Source: an uncultured delta proteobacterium (GTDB lineage Bacteria > Myxococcota > UBA727 > VGSZ01). From it: a DNA stretch of 64,000 nt. Below the pieces are notes generated by a model. The model was given only the letters and a program-made list of their open reading frames with translations, had not been told where the DNA came from and did not search any database. Location of the stretch: assembly GCA_963775425.1 (NCBI GenBank), contig CAVZJB010000017.1:1-64000 (forward strand), given 5' to 3'. The translations under genes were made by a program, and so were the position numbers. Numbering within the stretch: position 1 is the first letter of the stretch; each line of letters opens with the position of its first letter. Below, in pieces: positions 49,647 through 59,251 of the stretch.

Positions 49647-51395
49647 TCAGCCCTGTGACGGGAGCGTGAAGAAGAAGATGGAGCCGCGGGGAGATGCGGG
49701 CTCGACGCCCACCTCGCCGCCCATCCCCTCCACCAGGTGCTTCACGATGGCGAGGCCGAGCCCGGTGCCGCCGACGTCGCGCGAGCGCCCGCGGTCGATG
49801 CGATAGAAGCGCTCGAAGAGCCGCGCGCGGTGCTTGGGCTCGATGCCCGGGCCGTCGTCGACGACCTCCACGCGCACCTTTCCCGCGCCGGTGCGAGCGC
49901 GCACGGTGACGTGGCCGCCTTGCGGCGTGTACTTGACCGCGTTGGCGAGGAGGTTCACCAACACCTGGTCCACCGCCTTGGCGTCGCCGACGGCGGTGAG
50001 CCGCTCGGGCACCTCCACCGTCACCTCGTGCGTGTGCTTGCCGGCGAGATCGTCGACGGCGCTCTTGCACAGCCCGCGCAGGTCGAGGGGCTCGCGCGCG
50101 AGCGGCACCTGGCCGGCCTCGATGCGCGACAGGTCGAGGAGATCGCCCACGAGGCGCGTGAGGCGATCGGCGTTCCTGTCGATGGCCTCGAGGAAGTTGC
50201 GCGAGCTGTCCCGGTCCTCGAGCCCGCCGTGCAGGAGCGTCTCCGCGCCCGCGCGGATCACGCTCACCGGCGTGCGCAGCTCGTGGGAGACGTTGCTGAC
50301 GAAGTCGCGGCGCACGCGCTCGAGCCGGCGCACCTCGCTCACGTCGTGGAGCACGATGACGGCGCCGCCCGCGCGCACCGGCGCCGCGCGGACCAGGAGC
50401 GTCCGCACCGGCGCGGGCAGCTCGAGCTCCACCGACGCCACCTCGCCCTCGCGCGCCTTGTGCGCGGCCTCGTCGAGGGCGGGCACGCGCGTGAGCTCGA
50501 CCAGCGAGCGGCCGACCCCCTCGGCGTCGACGCGCAGGAGGTCGCGCGCGGCGGCGTTGACGAGGACCACCCTGCCCTCGGCGTCGAGCCCGATGACGCC
50601 TTCGCTCATGGCCTCGAGCACCGCCGCGAAACGATCGCGCTCCGACGCCAGCGTGCCCACGGTGCGCGACAGGTCTTCGGCCAGCTTTTGCAGCGTGCCG
50701 GCGATGCCGCCGATGTCGTCGTCGTCGTCGTGGCGCATGGGCTCGCCGCCCTCGCCGCGCGCCCCGGCGAGCGCGCGCGCGTGCAACACCACCGCCCGCA
50801 ACGTGCGCGACAGGAGCTGCGAGGCGAGCGCGCTCATGACGACGGCGGCGGCGAGGCTGAGCGCGCCGGCCATGGCCAGCACGAGCCGCAGCCGCGCGAG
50901 CGCGGCGTCGACGTCGTCGTAGTTGGCGGCCACGCGGACGACGCCGCCGCCGGCGTCGTCGTCGGGGGTGCGCCAGCGCTCGGCGAGAAAGAGCGTGTCC
51001 TTTTGCGCCGCCACGCTCGGGCGTCGGGCGCGGCCACGCTGGCCGGCCAGCGCCTGGGCGACCTCTGGGCGCGCCTTGAGCACGGCGGGCGCCTCGGCGC
51101 GGGCGGTGGCGCGCGCGGAGTCGCCGACGACGGCGCCGTCGACGGCGATGAAGGTGACGCGGGCGCCGAGGGCGCCGCCGAGGGCGCCGGCGAGGGCGTC
51201 GTCGGGCGCGGCGCGCGCGGTCTCGGCGGCGACGCGGGCGGCGTCGAGCGCGTGCGACAGCTCGTCCTCGATGCGCCCCTCGATCCACCCCTTGAGCAGC
51301 CCCTGCGCCACGACGCCCGCGACGACGAGGACGACCCCGACCACGCCGAGGGAAGCGAGGAAGAGCCGGCCGCGCACCTGCAGCCGAAGCCTCAT
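49647..51395 (-). CDS. phoR: Phosphate sensor kinase PhoR
   Basis: Two TMs, RPEVAQAL, HAMP/PAS, RRDFVSNVSHELRTP, FERFYRIDRGRSRDVGGTGLGLAIVKH. Confidence 0.9.
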   Translation of the reverse strand: MRLRLQVRGRLFLASLGVVGVVLVVAGVVAQGLLKGWIEGRIEDELSHALDAARVAAETARAAPDDALAGALGGALGARVTFIAVDGAVVGDSARATARAEAPAVLKARPEVAQALAGQRGRARRPSVAAQKDTLFLAERWRTPDDDAGGGVVRVAANYDDVDAALARLRLVLAMAGALSLAAAVVMSALASQLLSRTLRAVVLHARALAGARGEGGEPMRHDDDDDIGGIAGTLQKLAEDLSRTVGTLASERDRFAAVLEAMSEGVIGLDAEGRVVLVNAAARDLLRVDAEGVGRSLVELTRVPALDEAAHKAREGEVASVELELPAPVRTLLVRAAPVRAGGAVIVLHDVSEVRRLERVRRDFVSNVSHELRTPVSVIRAGAETLLHGGLEDRDSSRNFLEAIDRNADRLTRLVGDLLDLSRIEAGQVPLAREPLDLRGLCKSAVDDLAGKHTHEVTVEVPERLTAVGDAKAVDQVLVNLLANAVKYTPQGGHVTVRARTGAGKVRVEVVDDGPGIEPKHRARLFERFYRIDRGRSRDVGGTGLGLAIVKHLVEGMGGEVGVEPASPRGSIFFFTLPSQG

Positions 51396-52135
51396 GGGCC
51401 CTCGCGCACGTCTTCGGGGCGCTCCGCGAAGCGATAGCCGACGCCGCGCAGCGTCTCGACGTAGGCGCCGGCGGGCCCGAGCTTCTCGCGCAGCCGCTTC
51501 ACGTGGGTGTCCACGGTGCGGGTGGTGACCTCGGCGGACATGCCCCAGACGTCGTTCAGGAGGGTGTCGCGGGTCTGCACGCGGCCGCGGCGCGCGAGGA
51601 GCGTGGTGAGGAGACGAAACTCGAGCGCCGTGAGCGTGACGTCGGTGCCGTCCACGCGCACGCGGTGCGCAGCCTCGTCGACGGCGAGGCGCCCGAACAC
51701 GACGGGCCCGGTCGCGGCGGGCGCGGCCGGCGGGGCCTGCGCCGGCGCCGGCGCAGGCGCGGCCTGGGCGCGCCGGAGCACCGCCTGGATGCGCAGGACC
51801 AGCTCGCGGACGGAGAACGGCTTGACGATGTAGTCGTCGGCGCCGACCTCGAAGCCGACCACCCTGTCGATCTCCTCGCCGCGGGCGGTGAGCATGATGA
51901 CCGGGATGGAGCGCCACGCCTCGCTCTGCTTGAGGCGGCGGCAGACCTCCACGCCGGACATGTCGGGGAGCATGAGGTCGAGCAGGACCAGGGCCGGCCG
52001 CTCGTGGGTGACGATCTCGAGCGCGGCGGCGCCGGTCTCCGCGAGGCGGGTCTCGAAGCCCTCGCGCTTGAGGTTGTAGTCGACGACGGCGGCGAGATCG
52101 CGCTCGTCGTCGACGATGAGGATCAGTCCGTTCAT
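51392..52135 (-). CDS. phoB: Phosphate regulon response regulator PhoB
   Basis: REC plus winged HTH; LLDLMLP, GADDYIVKPFS, TRTVDTHVKRLREKL; next to phoR and pstS. Confidence 0.9.
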   Translation of the reverse strand: MNGLILIVDDERDLAAVVDYNLKREGFETRLAETGAAALEIVTHERPALVLLDLMLPDMSGVEVCRRLKQSEAWRSIPVIMLTARGEEIDRVVGFEVGADDYIVKPFSVRELVLRIQAVLRRAQAAPAPAPAQAPPAAPAATGPVVFGRLAVDEAAHRVRVDGTDVTLTALEFRLLTTLLARRGRVQTRDTLLNDVWGMSAEVTTRTVDTHVKRLREKLGPAGAYVETLRGVGYRFAERPEDVREGP

Positions 52136-52170
52136 CCGCCTCGCCCCATGGCCGGGATCCGACACGCCCG

Positions 52171-52190
52171 ATGTGACATGGGCGTGACGC
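52171..52190 (-). promoter_or_regulatory. Candidate Pho box
   Basis: GTCAC direct repeat with 11-bp period (GCGTCACGCCCATGTCACAT), about 35 bp upstream of phoB. Confidence 0.55.
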
Positions 52191-52441
52191 TGACGCAACG
52201 CGCCGTAAACCGCGTCCGGACGCGCCCCGCCCGAGCCGCCGCCCGCGGGAGCCTGGCGGCGCCGGCGGGACCGTCGGGCCCCCCGCCCAGGGGCGGTCCG
52301 CCCCTGGGCGCGGGGCGATTTCAATCGCCGCGTACCGATTTCGTAAATCGCCCGGGAGCAGTTGTCCCAATGATTGTCGCGCGACGAACGGCGTGGAACG
52401 TGATGCCTGTGCGCGCTTCGTGTGCGTACAGGAGAAAGTGC

Positions 52442-52879
52442 ATGACCCCGATCATCCGCAACCTGACCATCGCCGCCGGCTTCGCCCTCGCCCTCCCGGC
52501 GTTCGCCGACGACGACGCCGCCGCGCCGCCCACCGACGCTGCCCCGCCCGCCGCCGCCCCCGCCCCCGCCACCCCGGCCGCCGACGCCGCCGCGCCGGCG
52601 ACGCCCGCGCCCGCCAAGGGGAAGAAGGGCAAGCACAAGGGCAAGGGCAAGAAGAAGGCCCACGCCCGCAACGCCGCTCCCGGCGCCAAGGACGCCAAGG
52701 GCAAGGCCGTCGGCCCCGCCAAGGACGCCAAGAAGGACGCGACCAAGAGCGCCGCCAAGGGCGCCGCCAAAAAGCCGACGGCGGCCAAGCCGGCGAAGCC
52801 CGCCACCCCCGCGCCGGCGGCGACGCCCGACACGGACGACGGCGCGCTCCCCGACGACGACAGCACGCCGCAGGAGTAG
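52442..52879 (+). CDS. Exported Ala/Pro/Lys-rich low-complexity protein
   Basis: AGGAGA RBS, signal peptide ...ALPAFA, KGKKGKHKGKGKKKAH core. Confidence 0.75.
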   Translation: MTPIIRNLTIAAGFALALPAFADDDAAAPPTDAAPPAAAPAPATPAADAAAPATPAPAKGKKGKHKGKGKKKAHARNAAPGAKDAKGKAVGPAKDAKKDATKSAAKGAAKKPTAAKPAKPATPAPAATPDTDDGALPDDDSTPQE

Positions 52880-52945
52880 CTCGGGGCTCGCCCCGCTTCG
52901 AACGGCCGGTGACGCGAGCGGCTCGTGGGACTATCCCGAGGCCGC

Positions 52946-53632
52946 ATGAGGACCGCTCTCGTCACCGGCGCAAACCGCGGCATCGGCCTCGAGGTCACAC
53001 GGCAGCTCGCGTCGCGCGGGCTGCGTGTGTTTCTGGGCGCGCGCGACGCCGCCGCCGGCGAAGAGGCCGCCCTCGCCCTCGTCGGCGACGGCCTCGAGGT
53101 CCACGCCGTCCCCTTGGACGTCGACGAAGACGACAGCGTCGAGGAAGCGGCGCGCGTCGTCACCGGCATGGGCCACGCCGTCGACGTCCTCGTCAACAAC
53201 GCCGGCATCGTCCGCCGCGCCGGCGTCCTCACCACCTCGTGGCAGGACTGGCGCGCGTCCCTCGAGACCAACCTCTGGGGCGCGCTGCGCACCTCGCGCG
53301 TCTTCGTCCCCGGGATGATCGAGCGCGGCTACGGACGCGTCGTCAACGTGTCGTCGGGGTTCGGCAGCTTCGGCGAGGGGCTCGAGGGCCCGGCATCGTA
53401 CTCCGTCTCCAAGGCCGCCCTCGACGCGCTCACCGTCAAGCTCGCGCAGGACGTCAGCGGCGACGTCAAGGTCAACGCGTGCTGCCCCGGGTGGGTGCGC
53501 ACGGACATGGGCGGCGCCGGCGCCGAGCGCTCCGTGGAGAGCGGCGCCGACGTCGTGGTCTGGCTCGCCACCCTCGACGACAACGGCCCGAGCGGCGGCT
53601 TCTTCCGCGATCGCGTGCGCATCCCGTGGTGA
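52946..53632 (+). CDS. SDR family oxidoreductase (carbonyl reductase-like)
   Basis: TGANRGIG, VNNAG, YSVSK, PGWVRTDMGG. Confidence 0.92.
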   Translation: MRTALVTGANRGIGLEVTRQLASRGLRVFLGARDAAAGEEAALALVGDGLEVHAVPLDVDEDDSVEEAARVVTGMGHAVDVLVNNAGIVRRAGVLTTSWQDWRASLETNLWGALRTSRVFVPGMIERGYGRVVNVSSGFGSFGEGLEGPASYSVSKAALDALTVKLAQDVSGDVKVNACCPGWVRTDMGGAGAERSVESGADVVVWLATLDDNGPSGGFFRDRVRIPW

Positions 53633-53789
53633 CGTGATCCATCGGGATCCGCGTCATCGAGAGCGCCGCGAGTGGCGACGAGGGCTGGCCCGATGGACCG
53701 TTGATCCGAGCCACCCGGAAGGGGACGGTGCTACGGCCACACGGCGGAGCGGAAAGGAGCTCCGGCGGTGGCGACGTTGTCTAGCCTTC

Positions 53790-54160
53790 GCTGATTCCGA
53801 GCGCCCAAGCTGAAGACCCAGGCCGTGGACGACCTCATCGGCCCCGAGCACCCGGCTCGCCTGATCGACCGTGTGCTCGGTGGGCTCGACTCAAGGCGAC
53901 AAACCTGCTGCAGAACCTCGCGAAGCTCACCGCCTGAAGGCCGCGCCGACGTCGCATCGAGGCACGTCGGCGCGCACACGACCCGCACGAACCCGCCACG
54001 TGCGCTGATAGCGGATCACAACACCGCTCGGACCCGCCGTTTCCTCACAACCTGCAGCGGCTCTTGCGCGCCGACGTGCCTCGCCTCGTACTCCGCGCGG
54101 CGAGCCACCTTGCGGGCGGCTTCGCCGAGTGCTGCTACGAGCCCTGTTTTTCGTCAGCCT
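53790..54160 (+). pseudogene. Degraded transposase remnant (IS1182/IS5-like)
   Basis: VDDLIGPEHPARLIDRVLGGLD and ADHNTAR..RF resemble DUF772 motifs; upstream in-frame stop; no catalytic core; atypical codon use. Confidence 0.55.
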
Positions 54161-55990
54161 TCAGGCGAACGACGACGCGTGCATGATCTTGGGTGCGCGC
54201 GTGGGGTCGATCGAAAAGATGAGCGACGAGGCGTCGATCGTGTCGCCGAGGCTCACCGTGCCGCCGCTGCGATCGTGGATGCCCCGGGAGGGGACGAAGT
54301 GGACGACGGTGCCGTCGGGCGCCTGCCACCACCAACGCTCGACGATCCGGTCGCGCTCGGCGGCGCTCAAGCCGTTGGCGTGCGCCACCGCGTCGGCGAA
54401 GCGGTGCAGCGCCGCCAGCCCCGAGCCGCGCACCGAGGGCAGCACGGGCCAGATGTCGTCTTTGCTCTTGATCTCGCCGCTGTCGGCGGCGGCCTTGTTG
54501 GTGGCGAGCTGCCGCGCCTTCACCAGCGCGAGCTTCTGCCGCTCCGGGTTGACCGCGCCCGGGGTGCCGGGCCCGGACACGACGAGGTCGCCCTCGAGGC
54601 CGTGCACCTGGAGCCGCGGCAACGACAGCGCGTCGACGAGCGCGAGCGCGCCCTCGAGCATGTGCGCCGGATCCTCGGCCGCGGCGCGTGGCAGGTGGGG
54701 ATCGAGGTCGGTGCGCGAGAGCCCGCCGTCGAACAGCGAGTCGACGAACGGCGCGACCTCGACCGCGTTGAGCGCCAGCGAGTCGACGTGGCCCTTCAGC
54801 TCCCCCCACACGAGCGCCTCGTTTTCGTGGAGCTTGGGCACCACGTACTGCGCGTGGCGCAGGAGCGCCGGGTTCGCCCGCTTCATGACGTCGAGCCCAC
54901 CGGCGAGCGCGCGCGCCTCCGCGCGGGCGTCGGCGGCGCTGCCCTGCGTCAGGTAGTGAGCGCCGACGAAGAAGAACAGGTCGGTCCTCCTGGCGAGGCG
55001 TGTGAGCGCATCGTCGGAGACGCCGGCGAAGCCGGGGCGGACGTCCTTGGCCCGCGTACCGAGGATGATGCGGCCGGAGCCACCGGTGACCACGGCGACG
55101 TCGCGGCCGTTGATGCGCAGCCGCTCCCTGCCGAGCAGCGGGTAGGCGACGCCGGCGTCGTACTCGGCGCTCGCGTTCTGGCGCGCAGGCTGCTCGCCCA
55201 CCCACGTATGCGCGTCGTGGACGCTGCCGTCGCGCGCGGCGGCGCGCACGCCGGGGGCGAAGCGGTCGGCGATGCCCGGTGGCAGCGGGTCGGCGGAGAA
55301 GAAGGTGGCGTCGACGCCGGCGGCGCACGCGAGGTTGGCCGCGAACGCGCCGGCGCCGCCCATGGCGCGCCGGACCGCGACGCCGCCGCCCGCAAGCGTG
55401 CCGTCGAGCCACGCCGCGAGCTTGGGCTCGAGGGCGAGCTGCTTGGACGCGCCGGCGCCGAGCGCGAGCTGGCGGACGAGAGAGGCGACGAGCTCCACCG
55501 GCGTCCGCGGCCGGTCGAAGGCGACGTCGCCGTGGCCCGGGCCCTCGTCGATGGCCTTCAGGAGCGCCGCGTCGTCGCCGCAGGCGTGCGCGAGGAGATC
55601 GAGCGTCTTTGGATCGAGCGACAGCTTGGCGTCGACGACGCGCGTGAAGCCGAACAGATCGCTTTGCCGGGCGGGGACGAGCGCGGCGGCTTGCTCGGAG
55701 AAGCGCACGGCGCGCTCCATGTCCGCCGCGGAGACGCGGGGGTCCGCGCCCTTGCCGGCGGCCAGCTCGGCGTCCTGCACCTTCTTGGCGACGTCGCCCT
55801 CGATGGAGACGCCGAGCTGGAGCGTGTGTGCCACCAGCTCGCGCGCGGAGGCGCGCTTGGCCTCGGCGGAGAGGGACGGCGGCGGCGTCTTCTGCCACGC
55901 CGTCGTCGCCAGAGGGGGATCCACCAGCGCCTCCGGCGAAGCCGGGCCGGAGGTCTCGACGACCGTCCCGCTCGCTCGCTTCACCCACAT
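54161..55990 (-). CDS. ADP-dependent glucokinase/phosphofructokinase family protein with N-terminal extension
   Basis: GFTRVVDA, RRAMGGAGAFAANLA, SLALNAVE, RLQVH, TVSLGDTI (ribokinase-fold, ADP-kinase-style motifs). Confidence 0.75.
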   Translation of the reverse strand: MWVKRASGTVVETSGPASPEALVDPPLATTAWQKTPPPSLSAEAKRASARELVAHTLQLGVSIEGDVAKKVQDAELAAGKGADPRVSAADMERAVRFSEQAAALVPARQSDLFGFTRVVDAKLSLDPKTLDLLAHACGDDAALLKAIDEGPGHGDVAFDRPRTPVELVASLVRQLALGAGASKQLALEPKLAAWLDGTLAGGGVAVRRAMGGAGAFAANLACAAGVDATFFSADPLPPGIADRFAPGVRAAARDGSVHDAHTWVGEQPARQNASAEYDAGVAYPLLGRERLRINGRDVAVVTGGSGRIILGTRAKDVRPGFAGVSDDALTRLARRTDLFFFVGAHYLTQGSAADARAEARALAGGLDVMKRANPALLRHAQYVVPKLHENEALVWGELKGHVDSLALNAVEVAPFVDSLFDGGLSRTDLDPHLPRAAAEDPAHMLEGALALVDALSLPRLQVHGLEGDLVVSGPGTPGAVNPERQKLALVKARQLATNKAAADSGEIKSKDDIWPVLPSVRGSGLAALHRFADAVAHANGLSAAERDRIVERWWWQAPDGTVVHFVPSRGIHDRSGGTVSLGDTIDASSLIFSIDPTRAPKIMHASSFA

Positions 55991-56027
55991 GGAGGCGTCT
56001 CTCCCCGCAACCTTCACCTCGCGAAGT

Positions 56028-56471
56028 CTAGTCGATTTTGATGTCGGTGGACTTCGCGGGCGTCGTCCCCGTCTTCGGCACCAGGACGTTCAGGGTGCCG
56101 TCCTTGTACGTCGCCGTCACCTTGTCTGCGTTGACCGCGCTCGGGAGCGTGAAGCTCCGCTCGAACCGGCCGTAGCTCCGCTCCACGCGGTGCCACTTCT
56201 TGTTCTTCTCCTCCTGCTCCTGGCGCCGCTCCCCGGAGACGGTGAGCACGCCTTCGTCGATGCTGACCTTCACGTCCTCCTTCTTCACGCCGGGCAGCTC
56301 GGCGTGGATGCTGTATGCCTCCGGCGTCTCCGCGATGTCGACGGCGGGCGACCACTCGGTGCGCGTCAACGACTCACGGAACGCGGGTACGAACGGCGCG
56401 GCGAACGCGCTCGCGACACGCCGCTGCATGTCCTCGATCTCACGAAACGGATCCCAGCGAACCAGTGCCAT
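56028..56471 (-). CDS. Hsp20/alpha-crystallin small heat-shock protein
   Basis: MALVRWDPFRE, PAVDI.E, ELPG, ERSYGRFERSFTLP, GTL.V.VPK; AAGGAGG RBS. Confidence 0.95.
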   Translation of the reverse strand: MALVRWDPFREIEDMQRRVASAFAAPFVPAFRESLTRTEWSPAVDIAETPEAYSIHAELPGVKKEDVKVSIDEGVLTVSGERRQEQEEKNKKWHRVERSYGRFERSFTLPSAVNADKVTATYKDGTLNVLVPKTGTTPAKSTDIKID

Positions 56472-56535
56472 GACATCCTCCTTCGCAATGCGCACCGAAG
56501 GCACGCATCGCCCATGCCCGTCCGCTCCCGCGTCA

Positions 56536-57288
56536 TTGCGCCGCCCCCGGGCGCCGGCGCCGGGCGGCTGCGCACACGCCCCCGGCCCGCGGTGCCTTTT
56601 CGCGCTCGCCGCCGCCGTCGTCGTCGTCGTCGCCTCGTCGACGGCGTGCGCGGGCGCGCAGAAGAAGAAGATCAAGCTGCCGCAGGTGGACCCGGGCCAG
56701 GTGCTCATCGACAAGCTCGAGACGCGGCTGATGCGCGCCAGGACGGTGCACATCGTCGCCAGCTCCACGGCGTCGGGCGCGGTGAACGCGGCGCTCGACA
56801 GCGAGCTGTTCCTCGGGGAGGGCCAACGCGCACGGCTTGACGTGCACGGCACGTTCGAGGGACGCCCGGTGACGACGTGGTTCGTGTGCGACGGCGAGTC
56901 GATGCAGGTGCGCGGCCGGGGCGCCGTACCGTCGGCCCCCGAGGTGCGCGACGCCCTCGTCATCGGCCTGGTGCGCATGGGGCTGTTGCACAACGCCGCC
57001 CTCCTCGTCGGCGGCGCCGCCCCCGACCACGCCGCCGGCGGCGTGCGCGGCTGGGTGAAAGCCGAGCGTCCGCGCTCGCGCGAGCCCGCCACGGACATCG
57101 CCTACGACGTCGTCGTGAAGCACGACGTGCTGGGCGAGGCCGTGCTCTCGCTCTCCGCCGAGGAAGAGCCCGTCGCGCGCACGGCGGAGATGCACTTCGA
57201 AGAGGGCGACATGAAGTCCACGGAGAAATTCACCGTCGTCGAGCTCGACGCGCCCGTCGACGACGCCGTCTTCTCGCTGGCGCCCTGA
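56536..57288 (+). CDS. Putative lipoprotein, unknown function (start uncertain)
   Basis: Hydrophobic stretch then STAC; beta-rich; ends PVDDAVFSL like LolA-type proteins. Confidence 0.6.
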   Translation: MRRPRAPAPGGCAHAPGPRCLFALAAAVVVVVASSTACAGAQKKKIKLPQVDPGQVLIDKLETRLMRARTVHIVASSTASGAVNAALDSELFLGEGQRARLDVHGTFEGRPVTTWFVCDGESMQVRGRGAVPSAPEVRDALVIGLVRMGLLHNAALLVGGAAPDHAAGGVRGWVKAERPRSREPATDIAYDVVVKHDVLGEAVLSLSAEEEPVARTAEMHFEEGDMKSTEKFTVVELDAPVDDAVFSLAP

Positions 57289-57315
57289 CGGGCTCGCGGC
57301 AGAGACGGCGCGCGC

Positions 57316-58581
57316 TCAGTGCGCCATGTCGCGCCAGGCGCGAGAGAGCGTCTCGCGGTCGTCTGGGTGGGAGATGCCGATGAGGGCGTCGGCGCGCTCG
57401 TGCAGCGTGCGGCCGAACAAGTCCACGGCGCCGTGCTCGGTGACCACCCAGTGCACGTGCGCGCGCGTGGTGACGACGCCGGCGCCGTCCTTGAGGAGCG
57501 GGACGACGCGCGGCTTGCCGTCCCTGGTGCGCGACGGCAACGCGAGGATGGGCTTGCCGTCGGGCGACATGGCGGCGCCGCGGAGGAAGTCCATCTGCCC
57601 TCCGACGCCGGAGATGACGCGGGAGCCCACCGAGTCCGCGCACACCTGCCCGGTGAGGTCGATCTCCACCGCGGAGTTGATGGCCGTGACCTTGGGGTTT
57701 CGCGCGATGACGTTGGGGCTGTTGACGTAGGCACAGTCGAGCAGCGCGATGGCGGGGTTGTCGTCGACGGCGTCGTACAGCGCGGTGCTCCCCACCACGA
57801 AGCTCGCGATGGTCTTTCCCGGGTGGACCTTTTTGCGCGAGTTGTCGACGGCGCCGTTTCTGAGCAGCGGCAGGAGCCCGTCCGAGAACATCTCGCTGTG
57901 CACGCCGAGGTGACGGTGGTCGTGGAGCGCCGCCAGCACCGCGTCGGGGATGGCGCCGATGCCGAGCTGCAGCGTGGCGCCGTCCTCGACGAGGCCGGCC
58001 ACGTGGCGCCCGATGGCGCGCTCCACGTCGGAGAGCGGGCGCGGTGGCAGGTCGGGCAGCGCGTGGTCCACCTCGACGAAGCGCGCGATGCGGTCGACGT
58101 GCACGAAGCCGTCGCCGTGCACGCGCGGCATGCGCGCGTTCACCTCGGCGAGGATGACGTTGGCCGTGTCCACCGCCGCGCGCGTCACGTCCACCGACGT
58201 GCCGAGCGAGCACCAGCCGTGCGCGTCGGGCGGCGAGACCTGCACCAGCGCCACGTCGAGCGGACGGCGCCCGGAGCGGAACAGCGCGGGGATCTCGGAG
58301 AGGAAGCACGGCAGGTAGTCGACGCGCGCGCCGTCCAACCTGCCGCGCATGTTCTCGCCGACGAAGAGGTTGGCGACGCGGAAGCTCGACGCGTTGGCCT
58401 TGTCTGCCCACGACGGCGGCCCGATGGTGTGCAGGTGCAACAGCTCGACGTCGGCGAGCCGCGGCGCCTGCGCCACCAGCGCGTCGAGCAAGCGGCGCGG
58501 CGTGGCCGCCGCCCCGTGCACGAACACGCGATTCCCGCTCTCGACGAGCTCGACGACGTCTTCCGCCGATCCGACCCTCAT
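57316..58581 (-). CDS. Acetyl-CoA hydrolase/transferase (4-hydroxybutyrate CoA-transferase-like)
   Basis: LQLGIGAIP, HSEM, SGVGGQMDF.RGA, VVTEHG. Confidence 0.93.
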   Translation of the reverse strand: MRVGSAEDVVELVESGNRVFVHGAAATPRRLLDALVAQAPRLADVELLHLHTIGPPSWADKANASSFRVANLFVGENMRGRLDGARVDYLPCFLSEIPALFRSGRRPLDVALVQVSPPDAHGWCSLGTSVDVTRAAVDTANVILAEVNARMPRVHGDGFVHVDRIARFVEVDHALPDLPPRPLSDVERAIGRHVAGLVEDGATLQLGIGAIPDAVLAALHDHRHLGVHSEMFSDGLLPLLRNGAVDNSRKKVHPGKTIASFVVGSTALYDAVDDNPAIALLDCAYVNSPNVIARNPKVTAINSAVEIDLTGQVCADSVGSRVISGVGGQMDFLRGAAMSPDGKPILALPSRTRDGKPRVVPLLKDGAGVVTTRAHVHWVVTEHGAVDLFGRTLHERADALIGISHPDDRETLSRAWRDMAH

Positions 58582-58612
58582 GCCCTGCTCCTTGCGCGAT
58601 CGCCCGCGGCGT

Positions 58613-59086
58613 TCAGTGGGCGCGGACGATGGTCACGGGGCGCGCCGCTTCCTTGGCCACGCGCTCGGCGACCGAGCCGAGCACGAGGTGCTCGAGCCCC
58701 TTCCTGCCGTGCGTGCCGACGACGATGTGGTCGGCGTCGAGGCGGTCGGCCTCGTCGAGGATGCCCTTGGCGGGGTCCTTGGAGGGGACGACGTCGACGT
58801 CGACCTCGAGCTTCGGGTGCAGCTCCTTGAGGCGCGCGGCGACGCCGGCGAGCTTGTCGCGCAGGGTCTCCTCGAGGTTGTAGGTCTCCTCGCCCCACGC
58901 CTCCTCGGCGCGGAGCACGAGCGCGGGGTGCACGTGCAGGAGGACCACCTTGCCGCCGAGGCGCTCGACGACACGCGCGGCCTCCTCGATGGCGACGTCG
59001 CTGCACGGCGAAAAGTCATGCGCCACGATCCAGGTCTCGACGCGGGCGGGGGTAGAAGTCGGGTTCGAAGAAGAGCTTGCAACCAT
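58613..59086 (-). CDS. Universal stress protein
   Basis: VAHDFS..S, LLHV, IVVGTHGRKGLEHLVLGSVAERV. Confidence 0.92.
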   Translation of the reverse strand: MVASSSSNPTSTPARVETWIVAHDFSPCSDVAIEEAARVVERLGGKVVLLHVHPALVLRAEEAWGEETYNLEETLRDKLAGVAARLKELHPKLEVDVDVVPSKDPAKGILDEADRLDADHIVVGTHGRKGLEHLVLGSVAERVAKEAARPVTIVRAH

Positions 59087-59251
59087 TGGGTGCCTCCTGT
59101 GCCCCCATAAGCGCAAAGGCCGTGCCCGGGTGTTCGTACGGCCCCATGCGGCGTTTCTCGCCCGGCCTGTGTGCGATGTCGCACCCCCTGTGCGATCCCG
59201 CCCGGTTGAAGAACAGGCGGAGGCCGCTCGTCTCGGTCTAGCTTGAACGCC

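Noticed and set aside
53825-56041. 738-aa ORF beginning with transposase-like residues
   Set aside because: Only the first ~100 codons resemble a decayed transposase; the rest is antisense to the ADP-kinase gene.
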